DNA from: Balanoglossus misakiensis
Taxonomy: Eukaryota > Animalia > Hemichordata
NCBI GenBank assembly: GCA_040954595.2
Contig: CM082581.2
Coordinates: 1,852,699 to 1,916,698, forward strand
Direction of reading: 5' to 3'
DNA length: 64,000 nucleotides
The translations under genes were made by a program, and so were the position numbers. Under the pieces are notes generated by a model. That model did not search any database. It had not been told where the DNA came from and saw only the letters and a program-made list of their open reading frames with translations. Shown here one piece after another: positions 1 to 13,193 of this stretch (position 1 is its first letter; each line of letters starts with the position of its first letter).

Positions 1-2460
1 AATTTGTTGCCGCCATTCTTGGGAGGGGATAAATAACGGCTGAGAATTTGTTGCCGCCATTCACGGGAGGGGAGAAATGATGGCAGAGAGTTTGTTGCCG
101 CCATTCTTGGGAGAGGAGAAATGATGGCAGAGAGTTTGTTGCCGCCATCCTCGGGAGGGGAGAAATGATGGCAGAGAATGTATTGCCGCCATTCTTGGCA
201 GGGGAGAAATGATGGCAGAGAGTTTGTTGCCGCCATTCTCGGGAGGGGAGAAATGAGGGCAGTTAATGTATTGCCGCCATTCTTGGGAGGGGAGAAATGA
301 GAGCAGAGAATGTATTGCCGCCATCCTTGGGAGGGGAGAAACGATGGCAGAGAATTTATGCTGCCATTCTTGGGAGGGGAGAAATGATGGCAGAGAATTT
401 ATTGCCGCCATTATTGGGAGGGGAGAAATGAGAGCAGAGAATTTGTTGCCGCCATTTGGGAGGGGATAAATAACGGTTGAGAATGTGTTGCCGCCATTCA
501 AGGGAGGGGAGAAATGATGGCAGAGAGTTTGTTGCCGCCATTCTTGGGAGAGGAGAAATGATGGCAGAGAGTTTGTTGCCGCCATTCTCGGGAGGGGAGA
601 AATGATGGCAGAGAAAGTATTGCCGCCATTCTTTGCAGGGGATAAATAACGGCTGAGAATTTGTTGCTGCCATTCACGGGAGGGGAGAAATGTTGGCAGG
701 GAATTTATTGCCGCCATCCTTGTGAGGGGAGAAATGATGTCAGTGAATTTATTGCCGCCATCCTTGGGAGGGGAGAAACGATGGCAGAGAATTTATTGCC
801 GCCATTATTTGGAGGGGAGAAATGAAAGCAGAGAATTTGTTGCCGCCATTCTTGGGAGGGGATAAATAACGGCTGAGAATTTGTTGCCGCCATTCACGGG
901 AGGGGAGAAATGTTGGAAGGGAATTTATTGCCGCCATCCTTGTGAGGGGAGAAATGATGTCAGTGAATTTATTGCCGCCATCCTTGGGAGGGGAGAAACG
1001 ATGGCAGAGAGTTTGTTGCCTCCATTCTTGGGAGGGGAGAAATGATGGCAGAGAGTTTGTTGCCGCCATTCTCGGGAGGGGAGAAATGATGGCAGTTAAT
1101 GTATTGCCGCCATTCTTGGGAGGGGAGAAATGAGAGCAGAGAATGTATTGCCGCCATCCTTGGGAGGGGAGAAACGATGGCAGAGAATTTATGCTGCCAT
1201 TCTTGGGAGGGGAGAAATGATGGCAGAGAGTTTGTTGCCGCTATTCTCGGGAGGGGAGAAATGGGGGCAGAGAGTAAACTTTGTTGCCGCCATTGTCGGG
1301 AGGGGAGAAATAAGGGCTGAGAGTTTGTTTCTTCCATTCTTGGCAGGGGAGAAATGATGGCAGAGAATTTATTGCCGCCATTATTGGGAGGGGAGAAATG
1401 AAAGCAGAGAATTTGTTGCCGCCATTCTTGGGAGGGGATAAATAACGGCTGAGAATTTGTTGCCGCCATTCACGGGAGGGGAGAAATGTTGGCAGGGAAT
1501 TTATTGCCGCTATCCTTGGGAGGGAAGAAATTATGTCAGTGAATTTATTGCCGCCATCCTTGGGAGGGGAGAAACGACGGCAGAGAGTTTGTTGCTTCCA
1601 TTCTTGGGAGGGGAGAAATGATGGCAGAGAATTTATTGCCGCCATTATTGGGAGGGGAGAAATGAAAGCAGAGAATTTGTTGCCGCCATTCTTGGGAGGG
1701 GATAAATAACGGCTGAGAATTTGTTGCCGCCATTCACGGGAGGGGAGAAATGTTGGCAGGGAATTTATTGCCATCCTTGGGAGGGGAGAAATGATGGCCG
1801 TGAATTTATTGCCGCCATCCTTGGGAGGGGAGAAATAACGGCTTAGAGTTTGTTGCTTCCATTCTTGGCAGGGGAGAAATGATGGCATAGAATTTATTGC
1901 CGCCATTATTGGGAGGGGGGAAATGAAAGCAAAAAATTTGTTGCCGCCATTCTTGGGAGGGGATAAATAACGGCTGAGAATTTGTTGCCGCCATTCACGG
2001 GAGGGGAGAAATGTTGGCAGGGAATTTATTGCCGCCATCCTTGGGAGGGGAGAAATGATGTCAGTGAATTTATTGCCGCCATCCTTGGGAGGGGAGAAAC
2101 GATGGCAGAGAGTTTGTTGCTTCCATTCTTGGGAGGGGAGAAATGATGGCAGAGAATTTATTGCCGCCATTATTGGGAGGGGAGAAATAAAAGCAGATAA
2201 TTTGTTGCCGCCATTCTTGGGAGGGGATAAATAACGGCTGAGAATTTGTTGCCGCCATTCACGGGAGGGGAGAAATGTTGGCAGGGAATTTATTGCCGCC
2301 ATCCTTGTGAGGGGAGAAATGATGTCAGTGAATTTATTGCCGCCATCTTTGGGAGGGAAGAAACGATGGCAGAGAGTTTGTTGCCTCCATTCTTGGGAGG
2401 GGAGAAATGATGGCAGAGAGTTTGTTGCCGCCATTCTCGGGAGGGGAGAAATGATGGCAG
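1..2460. repeat. 44-bp minisatellite array (consensus ~AATTTGTTGCCGCCATTCTTGGGAGGGGAGAAATGATGGCAGAG) with 6-mer (264-bp) higher-order periodicity
   Basis: Unit read directly. Variant units recur at 261-264 bp spacing (ORF-track repeats at 1545/1806/2070). The array runs off the left edge of the window. Confidence 0.97.
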
Positions 2461-3897
2461 ATTGTGTTTTAGTGGGACATTTAGGATACACTAAAACGTT
2501 GGGAGTTTTAAGACAGAGGTATTTTTGGGAAAGGATGCCCCGGGATGTTGACATGTACGTAAAGACATGCGCACATTGTCACACACGAAAGAGAGCCACA
2601 CCCCCTACTCATGCTAAGTTGTTACCTATTCCAGTATCAGGACCCTGGGACCGACTGGGTATGGATATTGTGGGACCCCTCCCTAGAACTTATGATGGCC
2701 ATAAATACATCTTAGTACTTACTCATTACTTTACTAAGTTTCCAGTAGCATATCCATTACGTAATGCACGAGCTGACAGTTGCTAAGATCTTGTTTGATG
2801 AAGTAATTGCTACTTATGGAAGCCCCAGAGTTTTGCTGAGTAATGAGGGATCGAATTTTTTTATCCCAGGTAGTTCACGAAACTTGCAAATATTTCAACA
2901 TCCAGAGTAAAGTTTCTACCCCTTATCGTCCACAGACCAATGGCCTTACAGAACGTTTCAATGGTTGCCTAGTCGACATGCTGTCCATGTTTGTTGATAG
3001 TAAACAGAAAGATTGGGATCGGTACCTAAGTTCAGTGCTTTTCGCGTATAGAGTTAGTCCTCAAGAGTCCAGTGGGTTCAGCCCGTATTATGTGTTATAA
3101 GGTCGGCATCCCACATTGCCCATGGATGTTGAATTCCAGCCAGTTGAGGGGAGGACAAGAAATATAGATACACACCTTAAACATTTAGCTGCTAAGAGGG
3201 AGATAGCTCATAAAATCGCCAAAGAGAATATAGGTCGACAGAATATGAAGGACCGTTATGATCAAAATATCCAACGGTCACAAAATCTTAAAGTGGGGGA
3301 TCCTGTATATTTATACACACCTGATGTTAAACCAGGAGTTAATAAGAAATTCGTACATAAGTGGACAGGTCCTAACATTATTTCTGAGAAGGCGGGTCCT
3401 GTTAATTACAAGTTACGTTTCATCAATAGCACCAGGAATTATCGTAAAGGCATACATGTGAATAGGCTAAAAAGAGCTTATTTGCGCCCCTCAGAGTTTG
3501 ACTCATCCTCACCAGATACCAAAAATTATGAAAATGGGACCGAAATATGTCAAAGTCCTAAAGCAGACATAAATGAATCAGAGAATGGTTCTGATCAAAT
3601 TGAGGGATTGGAATTGAGAGATTTGTCGTCAAGGACAAATCCCAGTGCTATCGATGAAACTAATAACAATTGAAATTGTCAGAACAAAGCTTCTGAGCCA
3701 TTTACGAAATAGAAAATGTGTTGAAGGGTCGACATAGAAATGGGAAATTACAGTATTTGGTTAAGTGGAAGAATAATTCAACCAAACATAATACGTGGGA
3801 GGATGAAGACAATTTGAATGAAATTGCAAAAGAGTATTTGATGAGAAATCCTGTAAAGATAAATGGGAAACGGGTTATAGCACACTTGCACATTTAA
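2461..3897 (+). pseudogene. Ty3/Gypsy LTR-retrotransposon integrase remnant (HHCC zinc finger, rve core, GPY/F region, C-terminal chromodomain), with frameshifts and stops
   Basis: GHLGYTKT..YFWERM..CAHC; PWDRLGMDIVGPLP; STPYRPQTNGLTERFN; KWTGP..VNRLK; and in another frame from 3700, IYEIENVLKGRHRNGKLQYLVKWKNNSTKHNTWEDEDNL. Confidence 0.93.
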
Positions 3898-4413
3898 ATC
3901 TATGGACAGAGAAATATGCGCGTAACAAAAAAAACACGGAAAATGGAGACACGTGGTTGACTGAAATGAGAGTTTGAACACGACTGAGAGGTATGAGTGT
4001 TGGCCAGTCTGTATGAGTGAGAATACGATTGGCGTGTCCCTTGATTCGTTTAAATGTTACGCAAGTTGTCGAATGACATTTTTTATCCGTTGTTTGCTGA
4101 GTTTAGTTGTATGTGCTATGCAACCTGGTTCCCGTGTCACTCTGTTTAAATGTGTTGATGTATTTAAGTTATAAAGAAATTACCAGTGAAGTTTGAAGTT
4201 GCAGAGATTTTAACACTGGAGAAAAATGTTTTGAGTTGAATTTTTCGTTCGTTTGATGACCTAAATAGTTGGCCCAGTTTGTGTAAATAGTCCCTTGTAA
4301 TGGCTATGTGTTTGTATAAAGAAACCACAGAGATAACCGATTTAGCAAGTTGTATTTTATTGCATTATCTTCTTAATTAAGAAACTTGTGTCCAATGCGG
4401 GACGCATTGCTTT

Positions 4414-4897
4414 AAAACAAGGGGAGTGTTATGATCTGTACAAAGGTCAAATATGATTTTAAGGGTCAATTATACTTAAAGCTCGGAATGTCAATGTTTG
4501 ATAGTATTTTATTTTATGTATTTGAAGTAGATAGGGGGAGCTGGTGTTTAATTGACTGCTCTGAGTGTCAATCATCATCGAACTGACTTTATTATATAAC
4601 GCTCTATGTAATTTGGTACGTATATAGTTGAATTGATGCCTAATGAAATTGTAACACATTGTATTTGTGATATTTGACATGATTAACCACGCCTTGAGAA
4701 AAGTAATTATAAGAGAACTTTGTTTGCAAAGTTGGGGGAGGAGAATAATCTAACGGGAGATGTATGTACCTCAGGCTACTGAGCTCGTTTCCTTCCTCAC
4801 ATACTTAACTGGACATATTTGATGTACTGGAGTAATTCTCGACAATAAATGAACGTGAATCAGATACGTGTCTCCGTGGATCACTGTTCTCGTCACA
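4414..4897 (+). mobile_element. Polypurine tract and probable 3' LTR of the Gypsy element
   Basis: AAAACAAGGGGAG (4414-4426) directly followed by TGTTATGA (4427); AATAAA near 4844; candidate end TCGTCACA at 4897. Right boundary uncertain and no 5' LTR in the window. Confidence 0.6.
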
Positions 4898-4974
4898 GGC
4901 CGTTACCTCATCGCTACAATGTCCCTGATGTATGAACTACAATAATATTCCAGCGGTAGTACGACTCTGAAAAG

Positions 4975-5900
4975 TATGCACTACTGATCTTACTTGACCT
5001 CTCCGCCGCATTCGATTCCATTGATCACGGGATACTTATTCGTAGACTATCGAACCTTGGCATTACAGACACAGTATTAACATGGTTTAACATCTTACAT
5101 TCAAAATAGATACCAAACTGTAATCATCGAAAACACTGCAAGTTCACATTCACCTATCGTATTGGGCCTACGCGGCTCTGTCCTTGGCCCTCTGTTCTTC
5201 GCCATTTATATAGCCCCACTTTGTAAACTGAATCGTCACCACAACCACAATTTCATCAGTACGCCGATGATAAACTACTATACCTTGCTTTTTCTCCGCA
5301 AGATCCACCCTCTATCGTCCAATCTCTGGAGATCTGCATCGAAGGCATGGATGACACTGAATAAACTACAGCTAAACAAAACCGAAGTCGTTGATATTCG
5401 CTCATCTTCTTGATCCTATTCCATCCTCCAACATGGGCTCTGCATCCATCTCTCTGGTAACAGCAACGTGTAATCTGGGAGCTGTCTTTGATAGTATCCA
5501 TATTTATAACCAGCCCATCAAGAATACATGTATGTCCACGTTTTTTTTATCGTCGACACATCGGATCAATACGAAAGTACCTATCTTCTAAGGATTGAAT
5601 TCGTGTAGTTCTTTCCACCAAACTTGAATACTTCAATTCGTTACTGTTTGGTCTTCCTCAATCTGCAGTAAATCTACTTCAGTGATTACAAAACACAGCA
5701 GCAAATATCATCACCCGGTCGAAGAAGTTTGAACACATCACTCTTGCCCTCATCACTCTGGATTGGCTACCAGTTTGTGCCAGGATTGATTACAAGATAT
5801 TGCTTCTTAAATACAATGCCATTCATGGCCTTACCCTGGAGTACATCAATGCCATTCATGGCCTTACCCTGGAGTACATTTCTAACATGGTTAATCGATT
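4975..5900 (+). pseudogene. Degenerate non-LTR retrotransposon (CR1/L2 group) reverse transcriptase fragment
   Basis: [23 protein letters not shown] (4981-), GSVLGPLFFAIYIAPL, TACGCCGATGAT = YADD (~5260), WMTLNKLQLNKTE; several frameshifts. Confidence 0.88.
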
Positions 5901-6295
5901 TACCCCTTCACACAACTTATAGTGTCTGTGTTATGCCCTTACACACAACACGCATAATCACTCTTTTGTGGTGCAGTTGAAGTTTGTTGCCGTCTAGAAT
6001 CTCATATGAGGTAATATGCTTTAATATTTTCAAGCAAAAGTGCAGGGTGGCCGTGTAATCCAAATCCAGCCCAGTCGACTTTTTTTCGCCTTTCCGAACT
6101 TCAAGTTAGAATCGCTCGGTGATTATTTCCCGCCAAATATGCTAATTTTCACCTGAGAGGTCTTATATCCGCAACCAAATACCCTCGCTAGCCGTTTATA
6201 ACCTCTAAACGATGCCCAAACCATACCATACCATATTACCGTGTTTCATGTATAGTCAACTTTCCAGAAGATTGTTTTGACAGCGGAAGATAATT

Positions 6296-6411
6296 AGGGG
6301 TTATTACACTAAATTTGGTCGATAACGCGTCGTATTCGAGTGATGTCCGTTGCTTTGCACGATATACGGACATCACTCGCGTTATCGACCAAAATTCGTG
6401 TAATAACCCCT
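6296..6411. repeat. Foldback (long inverted repeat) element
   Basis: AGGGGTTATTACAC..TTTGGTCGATAACGCG..GAGTGATGTCCGT pairs with ACGGACATCACTC..CGCGTTATCGACCAAA..GTGTAATAACCCCT. Confidence 0.85.
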
Positions 6412-7333
6412 TTATCATACATGCCTACCTATAAAACAATACAATTTGCGAAAATGCGTCGAGAAAAACAATTTCACGGCCAGAAATTTGAACCGGGCGC
6501 CCTTGGATCACGGCAGGCACCCATAGCCAAGTGAGACAGGGCGATGCGATCAGGTGATCAACGTGTAGGCCGTAGTATTATTCTCAGGGGGCTGGCAGCT
6601 TTCATTACGATGGGCACATCTGCATTCTAAATACAATTGGCTACGTTCTCTTTCAAAATATCATGTTAACGATTATTTCGCATTGAGAATTCCGAAGAAG
6701 TAAATGTGATACATTCAACATGACAAAAAACTCCAGCTTTGAAAACTTTATTACAGCTTCTAATAACCCAATTTTACAACATCCCTCTCCACTAAAGTCC
6801 TATGCCCCGTACGTCGCTCGCGCGCGCAGCGAACTATCACGCCGATCACCTAGTCAACGCTGTGTGATGATTTCAGCGCATTCTCCTAAATAGTTCAAGA
6901 CGGGGTATATCACTGAGTGAAATACCTACCGTATAATACAGTCGCATCGATGACCCATATTAGGAGTTGCTTATTAGCATAAAAATTAACATATCGTTAA
7001 TATGTAGAACGCGATCTGACAAATGACTTCTTTGGAAATACGTCTTTTCCCGCTCTTTGGTATGAAAATTACGACCTTTTTATTCAAATGTAATTTTGGG
7101 GTGAAATACGCTGGGGATATCCCGTCAATTAAAAACACGAAAGTACGAGTCAAACTTGCTTCCGGGTCAATAAGAAAACATTTCACCAGTGCTTTTTAAA
7201 AATAATAAATTTTGATTTCGGCGCCTACACTATTTTTGACGACAGCGACACAACAAGCCCCGCACAACCGAAAAAGCAGGCGAGCGAACACCATCACCAG
7301 GTCATCGTGTCACAATACTATACTCTTCAGAGA

Positions 7334-7588
7334 ATGCCTTCACTCATCGTACACCAAGTACTGGCAGTGGCGATGCACCACTATAAAGGTGCACTTACTG
7401 TCGGTGCTGGGTATCGCCTTCTGCGGGAGAAATCCAACCCATACGATCAGAACGCCGTCAAACCTCAAGTGACATTTGGCTTATGCTCTTGGACAAAGTT
7501 TCATGTACTTCGTCATGATGAGTCTGGAGTTTTTAAACCGTTATTTTCGATCAAGGTAGGGAATAATTGGTATTTGTGTATGGATTAA
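7334..7588 (+). pseudogene. HIRAN-like domain fragment
   Basis: VAMHHYKGALTVGAGYRLLREKSNPYDQNAV resembles the HIRAN motif L.RE..NPYD.NAV. Confidence 0.55.
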
Positions 7589-7819
7589 TTATTGATCTAG
7601 AAGCATCGGGGGAATCGGCCAGATAACCTGACAGTAAAACGGTGAAATCAAATGAAAATTCTGCAACTTGAACCGCCGGTGATGTTTACGTCGAAGCGCT
7701 TTATATTGTGGTAGGTTTACAAATTATATCCCGGACATCTGTCATATACACATGGTGTTATTTATGTTATACAGTTTCTTCAGTCACCGAGTATAGTTAA
7801 TTAGTCTTAACTCATATTT

Positions 7820-8036
7820 CAGTGTTTCATTTAGGATGGCATCAACAGGGGGGATACGTCCCCCATTGCCAGAATATTTAGGGGGGTTTCCACTCTCCAA
7901 GGCAGACTGTAATATCTCCAACATGTACACAGCATCATTTTAAGGGGCATTGCCCCCCCCCCCCATGACAAGTTCCTAAGGGGTGCTATCATGTCAACAA
8001 GGGGGTGAATCCCCCCTCCCCCTAGATGAAACACTG
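7820..8036. mobile_element. MITE with 16-bp TIRs (CAGTGTTTCATYTAGG), hAT-like ends
   Basis: CAGTGTTTCATTTAGG at 7820 and CCTAGATGAAACACTG ending at 8036; G/C runs inside; no clean 8-bp TSD. Confidence 0.65.
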
Positions 8037-9404
8037 ATGTTTCTACTGCCAAGAAATTAAAATTACATTGCATGATGTTGCCACTTTTGTAATTTGTTTT
8101 ATTGAAATGACTGTATTTTTGAAAAAAAATTAATTGTATAAATGCATAATTTTGTAAACTTCCAATTGTCAAAAAGCTAAAATAAAAATGGCATGAAATT
8201 GAAATAAATGACTCCTCACAACTGACCACTATTTGAGATTATCAAATTTTTATTACAAAGAACTAAAAAATTCATATAAAATTACATTCAATTCATGATT
8301 ATTATAACAATGCACAAAACTCTCTCTCAACTTTATCAACCCCGAACCCACACAATCCAACCCCATACCCATTAACAAATCAACTCCCATAATTTATAAA
8401 TAATGATAAAAGAAAATAACACTGGAATCCAATTTGGCGAAAGAAATGATTGCTGTATTTAAATAATATATGAAACCAAGTTTATTATAAAAAAAAATTA
8501 AATGACACTCAATATTTTGCCAACAAATAAAAATTAATCGTAAAAGAATAAATAAACCTAAAAGATAATAAAAATGTAATTAAAGCATAAAATAAAAGTA
8601 AAACATTGCACCTGAAGTGTTAGTTGAATAGGTTTCTAAATAGGAAAAAAAAATGTGTCATGATTTTAAACAAATGAAATTCGGAAATGATCATAATTTG
8701 AATTTTTATCACATGATTGGCTGGAATAATGTTTCAATGTTGGGTTATAATATAAAACGTAATTCATTTGTTTCATTCCTATTTAGAAACCTTCAAATAA
8801 TTTTTCAATAAAAATATAATTAAAAAAATATATAAATTCTGTTGATTAGAATATAGAAAATCAATAATCTCCTCAGCTGGTCAGCAAGTACAGTGGCAGT
8901 AGTTTTCAGTGACAGCTGCTCCTCAAGAGGACTAAACATAATTGAAAAAAAGATACACACAAAAACGAGATTAAATCATGGAAAGTAAAAAAAAAGAATA
9001 GAGATACATGGTAAACTAATAGATAAACTGTGAAATATGAGCAAAAAAAGATTTTTTTTTATAAATCAATAAAATCTGTAGCCACTGTAATTCAATTGTG
9101 TACTGTGCAGTGTATTTCTGTTTTGCCAATACTGTGTTTTGTGCACAGTTAATATGATAGACAAGGGGAATGGGTGTTTGAATATGAAATACACTAATAA
9201 TTTTACTGTTGCATTTCAAATTCAAACACTTCTGTAATAGCCCCTTATAAATCATGCACACTGTGCAGTAATTCCAGGAGCTTGGATTTGTTTGTTGCCC
9301 GTCGTAGTTGTGTATGCAGTGATGTTCTGTATGTTAACGGTAGTGTCTGAATTATGTCGTTGCATTCGTGTCGAAGTGTGGCATTTGTTTTTTTTTCTTC
9401 TCTT

Positions 9405-10342
9405 TCAATTTCTGCTCTTTCTTTTTCTGTAACAAGTAGTATTTTTTTTGCCAGTGCCTGGAGACTTACCTTGGCAGATGATACTTACCAGGGAACGTCT
9501 TTTTTCTTCGGCATTGATGTTATAATTGCCAATGTGTCTATCCATAGCATCTCCTGAGATGGTAATAGGAGACCGACCATCCTGATACTTGACATAAGAT
9601 TTCTGTCTCAGTCGTCCCCTGAAACCCGTCAAGTCGTTAGAGTAGCCTGGGCGGCTACGTTCCAACGACTCGGGGTTTACAAGGCTAACGACTGAGAAGA
9701 CTATCTTTCTCAGACTGGCCAGGGCATCATGCCTGCTACAGATGACAACCCACTTACCTGAATCGGGCACTGGAGGAGCTCAGGCCTTGTTGTTTTAGTC
9801 GTACTCCTCCAGGACGGCGTCCGCACCTTGATGGGCATCAGGCCTACCAGATCGTGAAATGGCCTCGTACTTCTCCAGAGTTTGGAGAAGTATTGGTGGA
9901 TACCGGGCACGGTCGGTCTCGTCATAGACATCAATCATTTGGTAAGTGGGGTGATTCCGACCGTGCCACAGGGTGCGAAGGAGATGTCGTCAAGCCCGTA
10001 GGTAAGTGGGTGAATTGAAGCTCGTGCCCTGTCGAAAGAGGAAAATTCCTTGTAAATGTTGTAGAAGAATATTGTAAATGAAATTCATGTGAGAGTCTGT
10101 CACTGCTGCTGCATTCAACCAGCCAAAAAACAAACTGGTGGATGCATCAGCAGTGGGATTACTCACATCATGCACATGAAATTCCTGTAGCAATTCGCTC
10201 CACAGACAATCTCTGAATTTGCAAAGAAGGTCAAATGAAATGTGATGATCAGAACACTTCTTCACACATTCTAGAGATCTGCCTCAGGAGAATCCCTGAG
10301 ATATAGCAAAGTCCCTGTAAATCCCAATACATAGAAACAAAT
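9405..10342 (-). pseudogene. Academ-like DDE transposase pseudogene, 3' part
   Basis: Minus strand: YRDFAISQGFS*GRSLECVKKCSDHHISFDLL..; HGRNHPTYQMID..ISRSGRPDAHQGADAVLEEY (third catalytic region); stops and frameshifts. Confidence 0.65.
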
Positions 10343-10715
10343 ACACGGGTTTCATAAGTCTAGCGCCCTCTTGTGGCTATCATGAATTTGACCTCAAAGC
10401 GAGGCCACTGGGTGTACGCCCCTGATGAGTTGATGACAGCTCATTAACACAGGCTCAGCGGTTTGTTGACGGAAGTGGCGACGCCGATAAAACTTTTCAA
10501 GGTAAGAATTTCTCGAATTCGCAGCTGTATTTTTGTTTTCAGTCATATTTTAAGCACCTTCTTGTTTAGCTTCTGAGATATTATAGCAAAAAAAGTGTGA
10601 ATTTTTGCGATCTCAAATTTTTTTTTTGGAGCGACCGATATAGCGCACGGTTAGCTGGAAAGCCGGCATTCTGGTCAAAGGCACGTATCGATCGATCGAC
10701 TCAGCGAAAAAAAAT
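10343..10715 (+). repeat. Left TIR (~295 bp near-identical, patchy to ~370 bp)
   Basis: Reverse complement of ~15080-15455 with few mismatches and one short indel. Confidence 0.92.
10361..10377 (-). promoter_or_regulatory. CTCF-like motif in left TIR
   Basis: TAGCGCCCTCTTGTGGC = reverse complement of GCCACAAGAGGGCGCTA, close to the CTCF core CCACYAGRGGGCGCTA. Confidence 0.55.
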
Positions 10716-10933
10716 CAAAGTTTACTTTCAGTTTTTGTTACCTTAATTATGATCGAGCCCATAGCCGAACTGCTAAGGGGTGTTATTCACCGAAACTTTA
10801 TGAATGAGAGCTTTTAAAAGTTTTAGTTTTATTGCAGACCTTCTGCAGCCTATATTCCTCTTGCATTTGTATTCATGTTCAATGCTTCACAGAGTAAAAA
10901 AAATGTAATTGACATGCTGGATTTTTACACAGA

Positions 10934-13032
10934 ATGGATGTCACCGTCAGTAATGTATCTCTCAGCGAAGATGATATCCCAGGAGCCAGCTTTGATGGTA
11001 TTGATCCAGCAACGCTGAAAAAGGACAGGCTCCAATTTTGGTTAAGATGTAGGGGTGACACCCTGAAGAACTTAAAAACAAAGGCACAGTTGTTGACAAG
11101 GCAAGTAGGGGCTGGGTAAATTGTTTTTACGTGTTCCATTTGGTTTTGTTGATCAAACAATATAATAATAAGTTATGGTCAAATAAATGAAAATGCATGT
11201 ATTGCAAATAATACTATTAAAATAACAATATTGAAACATTTGTTTTTTTCTGTAGAATAAAGGTGTACATGGAAAATGGAACTGATGCAAAAATTGTTGA
11301 TCCAGATCCAAACAAAAGCTATACTAAGATGAAGATACAGAAAATGAAGGCACTATCATCAGGCCAAACTCCAGCAAATGTCATGTCAGCTCCTGTAGCA
11401 CCTGTTGGACTGTCCACTTCTTACCCAAAAGATGGGTGGGGCACGTCGTTGCTAGGATTGCCTTTGTTCACTAGAGCACATATAAATATCCATCTCTCAA
11501 AAACAGGGAAGCAAGGAAAAGGGGATGCTGAGGATAATCACCCAACTAATCAGCAACGGGGAAAAGTGTTCTTTGAAGAAAAATATATCCATGATGTTAT
11601 GACAAATAAAGACACAAAATACTTTTATTTTACAGCAAGGTGTAACCATAGCTACAAAAAACATGCAGAGCCACATAGACTGAAACTAAAGCTTGATCTT
11701 CTGGATGGTAATGTTGTACATGCTAACTGTACCTGTAAAGCCGGACTTGTAGGCTACTGTAATCATACCCTTGCATTATTATTTCTGATTTCACAATGCT
11801 CTTTATTTGATTTAGAGGATGTTCAAGAGTTTGTAAATATTCACTCAAACATTACTTCTCCAACCTCTAGATTACAAGTGTGGCACCATAGAAACAGAGG
11901 TTTGGGGGTTTTGCCAGAACCTGTTACAAGTTTGGCCATTCGCAAAGTTAAAGTTGATAGTGGTGAGTCAAAATATGCTGTGACTTCAGCATTGTATGAT
12001 GCCAGAAGAAATCCAAATCATGACAACAGTGCTGAAAAAAAGTTCAGAGAAAGTCTGAACCAAAAAAATCCACTGTTTGGGTTTGCGCAGTGCCAGGTCA
12101 TGCCTGATGTATCATTAGTTGATACCAAATTTGGTAAAGTGCCAAATGGCTCAATTTTAAGCTATCAAACACGACACACAGAGTGTAGTTATTCTGTCTT
12201 TTGTGACATATCATCAGTACCAAGACTGCCATCTTATAATTTGTTAATAGATTTAAATTCTTTTCCTAATTTACCATACAAAGAAACCCCTATATATGAC
12301 ATTAAAATTAACAATGAACAGGAACATGCATGGTTTCAATCAATCAAATGTAACAAAGACAGAGAAAATATGATTGAAGCACAGACAAGAAAGCAGTCTG
12401 TCAGTGATAAGTGGTTTCTGTATAGAAAACCAAGGCTGACTGCATCAAATTTTCACGATGTATGTATAACAAAAAGAAATCACGATGCCCTGTGTAATAG
12501 CTTATTTAATTCTGAAAGTTTTACAAGCAGATATACTGATCATGGCAAAAAATATGAAAGTGAGGGGTTGATAAAATATGCCAAATACATGAATGACACA
12601 GATAATTATGTATCTCTACACAAATGTGGTCTAGTTATAAACCCCTCGTATTGTTTTCTTGGTGGTACACCGGATTCGAAAGTGGTCGATAGAAAATCAT
12701 CTGAGCCATATGGTATTGTAGAAGTTAAATGCCCAGAAACAAAGAAAAATGTCACTCCGTTGGATGCATGCCTTGATCCAACATTTTATTGTTATGATGA
12801 CAATGGGCAGCCAAGGTTGAAAGTTTATCACAGATATTATCAGCAAATTCAGGGACAAATGGCAGTGTGTGGGCTGACTTGGTGCGATTTTGTTATATAT
12901 ACATTTAAACGGCTCAGCATTGAGAGAATCATATTTGACAGTGTATATTGGCAAGAAATGTTGACAAAACTGGATGTTTTTTTTACCGAACATTACATGC
13001 CATTTATCGTGACGAGAGAACAAAGTGCTTAA
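10934..13032 (+). CDS. ISL2EU accessory protein: SAP-like N-terminus, SWIM zinc finger and YqaJ/lambda-exonuclease domain; exons 10934-11100 and 11256-13032 (~647 aa)
   Basis: LQFWLRCRG..KAQLLTR; CTCKAGLVGYCNH; TRKQS..WFLYRKPRLTASNF; LGGTPD; IVEVKCP; YYQQIQGQMAVC. An AG|GCAAGT...TGTAG intron joins the two exons in frame. Confidence 0.9.
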
Positions 13033-13193
13033 CCATATTTTTATTGAATGTAGTTGATAAATGTAGTTGATGTTTTAAAAGATGTAAAATGCGTGCATGG
13101 TTGAAATGCAAATAAAAGACGTATTCATCAATTTAATATTTTATTTTATTATTCACATTACAGCTGTGCCACATCAAAGAACAGACAAAATCC

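Noticed and set aside
61-2554. Long ORFs (up to 437 aa) in the minisatellite
   Set aside because: By-products of a stop-poor 44-bp repeat read in rotating frames; no independent coding evidence
5814-5879. 33-bp direct duplication in the LINE remnant
   Set aside because: Simple local slippage in a dead element
11263-13032. Phage or bacterial contamination suggested by the YqaJ exonuclease
   Set aside because: The gene has a spliceosomal intron and a SWIM finger and lies inside TIRs with a THAP transposase, as is normal for ISL2EU
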